A stretch of DNA of 61,974 nt, the filler included, from Circinaria calcarea (Eukaryota), in NCBI GenBank assembly GCA_051942165.1. It is 9 parts of 9 records of this genome, joined end to end, with 100 filler letters (N's around TTAATTAATTAA, not from the genome) between each part and the next. Parts side by side here need not be neighbours in the genome. Positions count along the whole stretch, not along the records: positions 6,918 to 13,732 come from JAVECS010001484.1; positions 13,833 to 20,635 come from JAVECS010001485.1; positions 20,736 to 27,538 come from JAVECS010001486.1; 6 more parts are not named here. The stretch is one strand, 5' to 3'. The notes under the pieces are model-generated. The model was not told where the DNA came from. It saw nothing but the letters and a program-made list of their open reading frames with translations, and did not search any database. Position numbers and translations under genes: made by a program. Shown in pieces: positions 12,318-22,507 of the stretch (positions are counted from its first letter, which is position 1; each line of letters opens with the position of its first letter).

Positions 12318-13501
12318 TTAAAAGTAAACTTCATTCCCGTTGTGTTGATAACTTTGACCCGCACCTTGGCATTTTTCATACCAATTTCCTTTGGGCACTC
12401 CAGTGCTGGGCGCATTTCTCATAACATCTCCATTGTGCTGTCGCGCGCTCTCCTTGGCAACATGGCCTTTGTGCATATGAAAGAAGCCCGGAGGAACTCC
12501 GCTTTCCACAGTAAAGCCTACGGTGTGGGGCTCTACAGAGCAACCCTCCATTTCACTATCTGTGGCGGTAGGTAGTTCGCCACCGTTGTCATCTTCGGAT
12601 GTTTCGTCGGTCTCTGTTACGTCCCCAGTGTCGCGGTTTATTTGCTTAGCCTCGGGGGTGCTACGTATCTTCTGGTAGACATGTTTGCTATGCTTTCGTG
12701 TTTGCTTACTCGGCCGTGCCGACAGCGTGGTGGTATATCGAGACGAGGAAGATCCTATATAAGGGTTTCGCAATAAGTATGACGAGAGACCAAAGTATTT
12801 GCATTTGATCTTCACAGCATTCTCGATTTTGGAAGAGATGAAAGATAGCATACTCTTTGGATTCTCTTCTCCAATTTCGAGATTTCTTTGGATTCGTGAT
12901 TTATTTGGCTTCAGCGAGTCCGAACGAGTGTCCCGGCGCTTGCGGGCTTGGTTTGTCACTGACACCTTCTGCCATTTAGCTAAAGACTTGAAGATGCTCC
13001 AATCATATATATATAATATCTCACACCCAATTCCACGGTTTCACTGCAACCTGACATCCCGAGAACATGATCCATGTTGCTTTGACTATTCCACTGTAGA
13101 CACAGGCCAAGCGTGCACTTCTCCTGATCCAGGCTTTTGATAATTGACGCTATCTCTTGTTCTTTCACTGCTCGAGCTGCTTTCCAGTATCGTTTCCAGA
13201 CTGATCCTTCAGTGTAGTCCCGAAAAACACCGTCAAGTATTGCTTGCAAGGTTTTTGCTTGGGCAGATATCGATTTTGCACAGTCTGAGATGAGCACATG
13301 CGTCCCTGAGGTCCGAAAGCGATGGTTTTGCTTGATGGAGAGGGCTATGTCCATGAGCCGCCTCAGTTGATCTGCGAGCTGTCGAAATCTTTCTGGGGCA
13401 TTGCGAACTCTTCTTCGTATCTCAGCAAAAGATAAAATCAACTTATTACACGAATCTACCAGCTGCACGACACCCGCCAGAACGCCCAGAGGCTCTGCCA
13501 T
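12318..13501 (-). CDS. HeLo-like (HELL/SesA-type) N-terminal domain protein with C-terminal two-repeat HET-s-related amyloid motif
   Basis: Exon 1 (13025-13501) starts MAEPLGVLAGVVQLVDSCNKL..RVRNAPERFRQLADQL, a typical fungal STAND N-terminal effector domain. Phase-0 intron 12969-13024 (GTGAGA..GCTAAA..CAG). Exon 2 ends HMHKGHVAKESARQHNGDV-12aa-NWYEKCQGAGQSYQHNGNE-VYF*. 375 aa, or 342 aa if the in-frame intron 12755-12853 is spliced. Confidence 0.8.
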
Positions 13502-13732
13502 GGTCACCTTCGTTATGTTCTTGACTTTAAATACAAGGGGCAAGCCAGGACATTGCGGCCAGTTGATGAACTCCGCCCGTGCAAATACAGCCAATGACCC
13601 GACACCATCTTCAACCCCCAGGCAGGCATAGCCACTGAAGCATGGTAGTAAAATACGGTAATCACAATTGAGTACAGAGTACAGATATTGCGGGCTAAAG
13701 TCCTTCACTAATGCACGTATATACAGTGAAAG

Positions 13733-13832
13733 NNNNNNNNNNNNNNNNNNNNNNNNNNNNNNNNNNNNNNNNNNNNTTAATTAATTAANNNNNNNNNNNN
13801 NNNNNNNNNNNNNNNNNNNNNNNNNNNNNNNN
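13733..13832. other. Artificial contig spacer
   Basis: N44-TTAATTAATTAA-N44. Confidence 0.99.
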
Positions 13833-14966
13833 CCGAGAAAAAACGTAAAGAACAGAACGACGCGGATATTGGAAGGCTGCGGAAAGACATGGACGGTGAG
13901 GAATCTTCAAGGGAGAGTGAATCAGGGGAAGCGTCTGGTCGAAGGACTTATGGGCCTGTGAAGGATCCAGTACCTGATGTTAAAAGCAAGACTTCAGTCG
14001 AGAGGGGCGAATTCGAGGAAAAGCCTCACTCGGACGACGAGGGTGCTGCGGATCTCGCCATCCAAGTGGATGACGATGTAGATGTCATCGTTGACGAAGT
14101 CGGAAGTCGTAGAGACATTCTACCACCTCAGCGTTTACCTCAATTCAATGAACCGGTCAAGACCACGAAGCTATCGGAAAGTAAAGACGGTCCTTTATGT
14201 ATAGATAATCCTTGGTTGTCGAGCAAGAAATCTAGTACGAAGGGCCGTAAGCCCTCTAGCTCAGATCAAACTGTTCTCATCTCCAACACACTCGGAAAAG
14301 AGTTAACGCAAGCTACCACGTCTATTGTGAAATCCAAGCCCAACTCCAAGCGCTCACCCTTACTCGCAAAGCCTCTCGACAATGATACTTTGTCCTTTTC
14401 CGGTTTCTCCAGCGATTCTGACACTCTGCCAAATCCCATCGTCCACCGCAACCGCAACCAAGACCTTATCCGGCAGGCCTTTGCCGGCGACGAAGTTGTT
14501 GCCTCGTTTGAGCAGGAAAAGCAAGACACCATCCGTGACGAAGACGAAACAATGATTGACAACACACTTCCAGGCTGGGGCGCATGGACAGGAACAGGTA
14601 TTAGTAAACGTGAGGAGAAAAGGAATAAAGGGAAAGTGATGGTAAAAATAGAGGGTATCAAGAAAGAGAAACGGGTCGATAGAGGCTTGGAAAAGGTGAT
14701 TATCAACGAGAAGAGAGTAAAAAAAGTTTGTCCTTGTACCCAATGACAAATCCCATCAGGCTAATAATTGGCACTGTCGACAGAATGCGAAATACCTTGC
14801 TCCTACATTGCCACATCCCTTTGAGACGAGACAGCAGTATGAACGGTCGTTGCGTTTGCCTGTTGGCCCCGAATGGACGACGAAAGAGACATTCCAAGCT
14901 GCTACCAAGCCCCGAGTCCTGATGAAGGAGGGCATTATTGCACCAATGGAGAAGCCACTGCTGTAA
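13833..14966 (+). CDS. UTP14: U3 snoRNA-associated protein Utp14, C-terminal part (5'-truncated)
   Basis: AFAGDEVVASFEQEK, LPGWGAWTG, and after an intron KYLAPTLPHPFETRQQYERSLRLPVGPEWTTKETFQAATKPRV..GIIAPM. Confidence 0.93.
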
Positions 14967-15469
14967 TGGATTTCGTAGCTTAGGTTAGGCAGACAACAGT
15001 CTTTCTTGCTCAGGGCAATTATTGTGACGAAACCCATCTAGCACCGGCGGAGCAAATGGTCGTGGTGACTTTGTCCGTATCCTTGTCTGCATGCCATATG
15101 TCACTTGTAATTCTCATTATCATCTACTTTAACCTCGCCGGACTTCAACATCTGTTCGGTCAACACCATAGCCACCCAAGGGACTCCCCAATCCCAAATC
15201 TCCTTATCATATACCCTTGAAGGTCTAAGCCTCCGGTCGTCACCTCTTGGTAACACAAAATGGCCCGACACACGTTCAACAACATCATGGGGTTAGGGCA
15301 CCGGATCCGGCTCTCTGCCCTTAATCTCAAATTGCCATGCAACAAACTAATGCCTCGGGACGATCCGGGCACGCGGCTGCTGCGTCTTGGGGATTCTCTT
15401 GCTACTGTAGCCAACGAACGGGGACAACTGTCATGTCCGAAGCGGTGACAAGGGCAAGCCACTCTTGGT

Positions 15470-15521
15470 TTCTGGCTTCTGGCTTCTGGCTTCTGGCTTC
15501 TGGCTTCTGGCTTCTGGCTTC
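15470..15521. repeat. (TTCTGGC)7 heptamer microsatellite
   Basis: Seven perfect copies plus a partial copy. Confidence 0.92.
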
Positions 15522-16571
15522 ACCGACAATTCGATCTGATCAGGGATGGAGCGGCTAATGGCTGGATTTCAAATCTGGTTGGATGGGATGGATTACGACT
15601 CAACCATGGTCGTGACTAGCCAACAACACATGGACTGGCGGTGGACACAACATTGGCATGGATCAAATCAAATGCTTGGGCCCGGTCTGGTAAGGGATCC
15701 TGATGGAGATTGAGTTCAGCATCCAAAGTGGCAGGCCTCAGATGACAAACAAGAATGACTGCTATGACTATTTGAATGCGACCAATGACAAGACATCATC
15801 TGCAGTTGGAAACCTCGGGCTCCCCTTCATCCCCACGGCGGAAGCGGCTTGCATGATGGGATTCCGAGTCGCTGGTATCTGGTAACGATGAGTCGGCCGG
15901 CAACGGGATTTCATTGGGTTCCTGCGAGGGACAACACACGAAGGAATCCCGACAAACACAAACCAGGCCCGCCCCCATCAGCCTGTTTCGCGTAACCCTG
16001 TGCAGATTAACGCGGCATCCGCCAGGATACCCTACCCAGCCAGCGGAAATGGGAATTGATGCCCTCAACCAACAACATGCGTAACACGACTACATGCAGT
16101 ACATGTTTCGAATTGCCTCTGATCAATCTCGTGGGGGAAACGGTGCGACCCGAGATGTCATCGGATGTAATAACAGACGACCGTAATCCACGAACAAACA
16201 TGGGCCCTGGTCGTTCTAGATGCTTAACCCCGCGTCGGGCCAATCATAAGTGGACTGGTTTACTTGGTCGGGAGTCTAGAAGCGGACTCGTTTGTTGCAG
16301 GGAAGCTGGGGAACTCGGATTGTACCCAATGGCCAAGGTAAGCTCCAAAGGGAATACCCGCTTTTCGCTCGAACTGCCCGTGGCACCTCCTCCACGGAAC
16401 CCACCCTTCCTGCTCGTGCGAGAGCTGATGGGATTGTTCAGCGTGAGGGTTACGTGACCGGGTGAGAATGCTTGGTAATCGACGGCTGCCTCGACCTCCT
16501 GGCTACCTCAGTCCGTCATTGCTATATCACTGGAGGCATCTCCCGACGCATTCGCCCTGTCAGTCGGTGAA

Positions 16572-18167
16572 ATGGAGACGGTCCGTGGGAGTCAAACCGT
16601 ACCAGAGAGACCAAGTACCCCATCAACGACATGTCAACCGTCATCGGTCCTGCAGGCGGATAGCGTACGTTTTAGGAATGACAGAAGCTTGAGGGTGTGG
16701 GCGCTCATGATCGCAGTATCACAATTCGGACGAAGACGATGACTGGTGCGACTTAATCGCGCAGAGTCTCGCTTTGGCCATTGGCTGACAAATCCAAGGG
16801 CGAATGGTTCCTCCTCCATCACTTCGAGTATCTTAGACTATGAGTATGAGAATGGCAGACGATATCATGCCTACAAAGCCGGCCGTGAGCCACGGTTCCG
16901 CCCCCCTTCTCAGCTTCCCTAGTTAACTGATTCCTCACAGACTATGCATTCCCTAACGACGAAGTAGGCCGATGCAAGAACACGATGCTTGATAGATATC
17001 CGACTGACCTCTTATTGACAGTCCGAGCTTGACCGTCTGGATTTGCAGCATCATATCGTTACCTTGCTCTTGGACGGCGAACTCCACCTGGCCCCATTGG
17101 AGAATCCCAAAAAAATCCTTGACATTGGGACCGGAACTGGCATTTGGGCGATTGAAATGGCGGACCGATTTCCGGGGGCTACGGTTGTGGGTACCGATTT
17201 GTCACCTACTCAGCCGACGTGGTATGTAGGATTCGCACCGAGTAGTAAAACTCAGAGCAAAGAGCTTGTGGCTGAAGGGATGTCAGGGTTCCGGACAACG
17301 TTCGATTCGAGATCAATGATGTGGAAAGCGATTGGCACTACAAGGAGAACTCCTTTGATTACATTCATGTCCGATTTATGGTCGGTAGCATATCAGACTG
17401 GAGGGGGCTGATACGGCAATCCTTCAAGTATTTTCAGTCCATCTTTGTTAATCGATAATTGACTAACCTCCTTTACAGACACCTTAAACCCGGTGGCTAC
17501 CTCGAGATCCAAGAACTCGATCCTCGTCTGGCTTCGGACGATGACAGCTCCAACAAGAGTACAATGCACCATATGTATATGAACCTTTGTCTGGGGTGCT
17601 TGGAAGAGCGTGGCCAGGCGATACCGGTTCGTTCCCAGTATAAGGCATGGGTGGAGGAGGAGGGCTTTGTCGATATAAAAGAGTACCACTTCAAGGTTCC
17701 CCTCAATAGCTGGCCAAAGGACAAGCGACTGAAGGAGATTGGAAAATATCACCTCATCAATTATTACGAAGGATGCGAGGGGTTCTGTATCGGCTTGCTT
17801 ACCCGGGTACTTCAATGGCAGCCTGCCGAGGTACAGGTGCTACTGGCGAGACTCAGAGTGGAGCTTAAAGATCGCTCTATCCACATTTATCAGCTGTTGT
17901 ACGTTTCCAAACTATCTTCATCGTTGTAGTTACTCATAGCCTATTAGCTCGGTTCATGTCGCGCGTAAACCATTAGCCGATAATCCACGACAGAGTACTC
18001 CAGCATCGATCACAGTCTCGGACAGTCCGAAGACGTCACCAGCAGTGGCCAGAATCCAAGTTGCCCGAGACGGAGTTCATGGCGAACAAGAAATCTCCTC
18101 GCAAACCTCGCCGGGCGTACAGGATGGAACCGCCATTCGGAATGTACCGCCAAGTCCATACCTCTGA
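16572..18167 (+). CDS. Class I SAM-dependent methyltransferase (LaeA-like/TAM family), many short exons
   Basis: SILDYEYENGRRYHAY, FPNDE, ELDRLDLQH, ILDIGTGTGIWAIEMAD, LKPGGYLEIQE and WPKDKRLKEIG, joined by GT..AG introns. Start and last exon inferred. Confidence 0.88.
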
Positions 18168-19185
18168 ATATGCGGTCTCAGACATGACTTGTTGCCTCTA
18201 AATACCTGAGTAGATTGGCATACTTGATCGAGTGGATTACAGCATTTTGGACACAACGTGCCCACTTGTTTTATGCTTGCTGTGGACTACCGGACCGCTA
18301 TTGTCACGGCAGAGTATGGATCAAGGAACAGAATTGATTAATTCTATGACTGTCTATTCTGGGGCTATATAGCCCCGTAGGCCCGCCTGCTCCTTCCCAT
18401 AACAGCTATCCTGCGACTTGCCACCACGCTTACGAATTTTCCAATCCCCATCTCACGAGACGGGCAATAACGAATTATGGATAACAACATTGAAATCGGC
18501 GTTCTGATATTCAAGGGAAAACGCTGGCTCTACCTTTCTTATCGGAGTACTTAACCGGCGGCCTAGTTTATTGTCCTTGGCTGTTCTTGCCTTTGCAACT
18601 GCTTGGCTTTTTGGCGGCATGACTGAATCTTTTCTGTTTATTTCAATGTCTTGATTTCTTAATGGGCGGCTGAAGTCATGTTTTCAAGAAGATTCCGTCT
18701 TGCAACTTCTTCTCGAGTTCTCCTGCGTTATAATATAATAAAAAGACGAATATGCGGATGGGGGGGTTTTTTTGGCTTCGGTCCGAACTTCTTGGAGAAG
18801 CTCTTGTACTTTGGGGACGGAGGCGCTTTGCGGATACCCGTACTGATGCTGGATTTGGAATGGCAGTGAGGATTGGGATTGGGAATTTAGAGATTGTTCG
18901 GGCTTTTTTTTGCTTTTGATGCCTGCATCATACATACCCAGATAGATGTTCCTTCCAGCCGAGACTTTTCCAAGTTCCGTTCATGTCCATCTTGTGCGTA
19001 GATTGATTGATCGAGTGAGTGTTCTTTGGGGGAAACTTTTTATAAAACCGTCCCTTTTGAACCCGAAGAAATGAAAAAAGTTTCGGTTCCTTGCAAACTC
19101 TCTTCCCCCCCTCTTCTGCCTTCCTTTCCTTTCCCTTCCTTTCCTTTTCCTTCTTCGGTCTCTCTCTCCCAATCAGCCAATCAGC

Positions 19186-19313
19186 CAGACAGACAGACAG
19201 ACAGATAGACAGACAGACAGACAGACAGGCAGATATACAGCCCCGGCCTCAGTCTCAGTCCCGTTGTACGTCCTCGTCCTCGTCCTCGTTCTCGTTCCCG
19301 TTCTCGTTCCCGT
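19186..19313. repeat. (AGAC)n and (CGTYCY)n microsatellite cluster
   Basis: Tetramer run about 19186-19230 and hexamer run about 19268-19313. Confidence 0.85.
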
Positions 19314-20635
19314 TGTCATTGCGTGACGTTCCGGACTTTTATCATATCCACTATTAAGAAACACAATTTTTTTATTTTATTTTACTTTTTATTTTATTTT
19401 TTTTGGGGGTTGGGGAAAAAGCCAAAAACCAAAGCTAGAGAAGAGAGAGGGAGGGGGAGGGAGAGAAGCCTCCACCGGAGAAACTATTACGAACCCCTAC
19501 GGGGGTGAACTATACACACCGAGGAAAGGTCACGGTCACGGTCACGAGGGTACCGGATTCGTTTTAGCCGAGAATCCAGGGGTTTTTTCTTTCTCGCGAA
19601 AGAAACGTTTACACAATATGGCAGTTCTTTCTAGCAATAATGTCGGACTTACCGGGTCTCTGAATACTCTCGATAAAAGTCTCATTAAATCGGCACTGAA
19701 TTACGTCTCTGATTACATATGCAACAGTATATGTAGTGAGGCACTTTCATATGCAGTGATTCGAACACAATCCGTGTTTTCATTCCAAATCTAAAAAAAC
19801 CTGCGGTTCTAACCATATAGAGAGGAAAAAACAGCGGCTTTTATGCGTGTGTACGCGGAGGAGGCGCTATGGTGGTGCCTTTTGCTTCATCTCGCTTACC
19901 ATATGGTAATGAAACTCTTCGGGTCTGAATACGCGAGTTCACGTGTGTGTGGTACCAAGTTCGGGAAATAAGTTATTACGGGCTATACCCGAACTTATTT
20001 GAAAGGCGTCATGTCATTTATCACATAGTTTGCCGGACCGTTTTTATTCGTTCAGATTATTCATTGTACTATACTATTCAGGAGGATCCCTGTGGAGATG
20101 GGAAGATGGGAATTGGAATTGGATTTAACGAGTGAACAGATGTCTGGAGGAAGGGAAAATGGATTGTGGATTAATAGCCTTTTTTTTTTTAAATTCCACG
20201 AGGAATTAAAAACCTTCGCATAAGGAGTACCAAAACGAACTTTCCGTATCAAACGCTGACCTTACTAATTACAACTTCTCAGCCCCTTCTTCGGCAACTT
20301 CCTTTCTCCTCTTCCCCAGGGACCTTCCCCCCCCTGGGGGTTTCCTCCCCCCTTTCCCCAAATGGGCATTAGGGAGAAAAGAAAGCGGGCATATTTTTGT
20401 ATGCATGTATGGAGAATGAGATTGAGATTGGGAGGGGGGGAGAAACCATTGGTGATTTACAAAATTAGGAAGGTAGAGGAAAGCTTGGGAAATACTCGAA
20501 CCCGGAAGGTAGTTATGGATGGATAGTATTGGGAAACTTTACTTGGGGGAGAGCGGGGGAGAGTAGGATGCAGATGCGGCTTATTGGGAGCAGAGCGGGA
20601 ACGGAGAACTTGGTCTGGGTTTGGGTTTGGGTTTG

Positions 20636-20735
20636 NNNNNNNNNNNNNNNNNNNNNNNNNNNNNNNNNNNNNNNNNNNNTTAATTAATTAANNNNNNNNN
20701 NNNNNNNNNNNNNNNNNNNNNNNNNNNNNNNNNNN
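20636..20735. other. Artificial contig spacer
   Basis: N44-TTAATTAATTAA-N44. Confidence 0.99.
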
Positions 20736-21567
20736 GTATTTGGGGTGTGCGTGTAGGTACTAGGGGTGTGCATATAGTGGGACCCCGATTCATGCCACCA
20801 TAATGGGCGATATACCTCCCACGGGACCTAGCGACCCGAACCACAGTAGAACTAGAGGACCGCCGATAATGACCGAGGGAACGATGGCAGTAACTGTCCT
20901 CAGGACTTGGAGGCTGAAGATGATCGGGTGGTTTTTTTGGGTAGAAGACAATTCTGGCCTTTAGCTGACCCGTTGAAGCTTCTGCGCCCAAGTCCGCCTT
21001 TTGAGAGACACAGCCAACACCCTCGGTTGGGACTCACGTTTAATGAGTCCCGTACCTTGTTCCTTGCTTCTCCAGAAGGTATTTGCAGGATTCGCTCGAG
21101 CTCCAAGATTGCTCAAGTACGTTCCTCAAGTTGAGGCGTTTTCGGGCTCCTTTGCCAAACCTGGCAATGCTGGGAATTGAGGTTTGAGTGCTTGCATGTT
21201 CTTGGTAGCTGGATAGAACAGTACGTTCAAAGCGCCTGGGATAATTCTGAATTGAGATCTGAGTGCTCGCATGTTCTTGGGATTTTGATGTACCTTCGTA
21301 ACAGCACGTTATATGGATGATGCTCAGGTTACACAACAGGCGGGCCTCCGAGCCGAGCCCGATCTTCTAGGCCTTTTCATACGAGCCCGAGCTGGGAGAG
21401 GGACATCACAATTTACTGATAGTAAAACGAGCTTGCGAGCTTCATTACCTTGATAAACGAAGTGAAGAAATATTCAAGTAAACGACATGGCGCTGGAAAA
21501 AAAACCCCCCATCAGCGTAAATATCTGGCCCCTACCTAGTTATCTTTTCCCCCACTCCATTGCTGTT

Positions 21568-22134
21568 CTAATACAAACTGCTAGCACAGGCTGTCTCCAA
21601 CTCGCGCCCATGCTTTCTCCCCGCCGTAATCGATTTACCCGCGATATGGTCCCCATACATTCCCATCACACTTATCCTCAGCCTCCCTCTATCCCCTAAA
21701 GCCGCAAGCCCTCCCCCCCCTCCAGTCAGCACGCACCGCCTAATCACCTCCAGCGCTTTCGTACCCACAGTGGCCCAGCTGGCCGAGTCCTCCAAATTGC
21801 GGTATGTTCGTTCCAAATCGAGAATGATGGTGCAGTCACCGTCCTGCCAGACTAAGGGCAGCAGGTAAGGGGCAGAGTGGTGGTTATAGGAGAATATGTG
21901 TTCGCTGGAGGGGTTGGCGCAGGTATAGAAGTGGACACGGATGAGGCGGTAGCAGTGTTCCGGGCGCACGTGGAGGTTAGCGATAGGGTTCTTTTCATCA
22001 GCGAAACAGGTAACTGTATCGCGGGGAATAAGGGCGAAAGGAGGATTAGTGTTCAAGGGAGTCAGAGGAACTGCGTAAATAGGGGAGGAGAGAATGGAAA
22101 GAAGTGGAAGAATAAAAAAGATGGGGATGAACAT
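21568..22134 (-). CDS. Small secreted Cys-containing protein (possible KP4/Ecp2-like fold)
   Basis: Signal peptide MFIPIFFILPLLSILSSPIYA and pattern C..C..LPLVWQDGDC.I..EDSASW..V...A..VI..C....GG; the family assignment is inference. Confidence 0.75.
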   Translation of the reverse strand: MFIPIFFILPLLSILSSPIYAVPLTPLNTNPPFALIPRDTVTCFADEKNPIANLHVRPEHCYRLIRVHFYTCANPSSEHIFSYNHHSAPYLLPLVWQDGDCTIILDLERTYRNLEDSASWATVGTKALEVIRRCVLTGGGGGLAALGDRGRLRISVMGMYGDHIAGKSITAGRKHGRELETACASSLY

Positions 22135-22453
22135 GGTGGGTTATCTCAGATGCGCTGGAGTGGTAAAAGGTGAGATTTCTAAATACAAGCCGTACACCGA
22201 AGGGCGATATGTCCCTTTTCAGGAATCGGATGAAGAATTGAGACAGTTGTGTTTGTATTCGTCGTACATATTACTGGTTGGAATAGCCTATACCCCGAAT
22301 GCAGAACTCGGATATCGCATATCGGACGTTTATAGTGGATAGAATAAGAAACGCTTATCCGGGCAAGTCAATTTGAATAAGGTGAGGCAGGGCAGTATGG
22401 TATCGAAGCATAATAACTTGTTTGTAGTGGATTCTAATGGGGGTCAATCCGGT

Positions 22454-22507
22454 TAACCGTCCCCCCACTAAGCTTCCGCTTAGAAGCTCAGTGGGGGGGG
22501 ACGGTTA
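22454..22507. repeat. Short near-perfect inverted repeat flanked by TA
   Basis: TA-ACCGTCCCCCCACTAAGCTTC-cgctta-GAAGCTCAGTGGGGGGGGACGGT-TA. Confidence 0.75.

Noticed and set aside
13502..13708. 69-aa N-terminal extension of the HeLo-like ORF
   Set aside because: It begins at a GTG; the domain-typical start is the ATG at 13501 (MAEPL).
19500..20300. Possible gene or transposon remnant in AT-rich DNA
   Set aside because: No frame gave a recognisable motif or a consistent splice structure.
20616..20635. (GGGTTT)n at a contig end as a telomere
   Set aside because: Only about 3 copies and not the TTAGGG typical of filamentous ascomycetes; more likely a simple repeat causing the assembly break.
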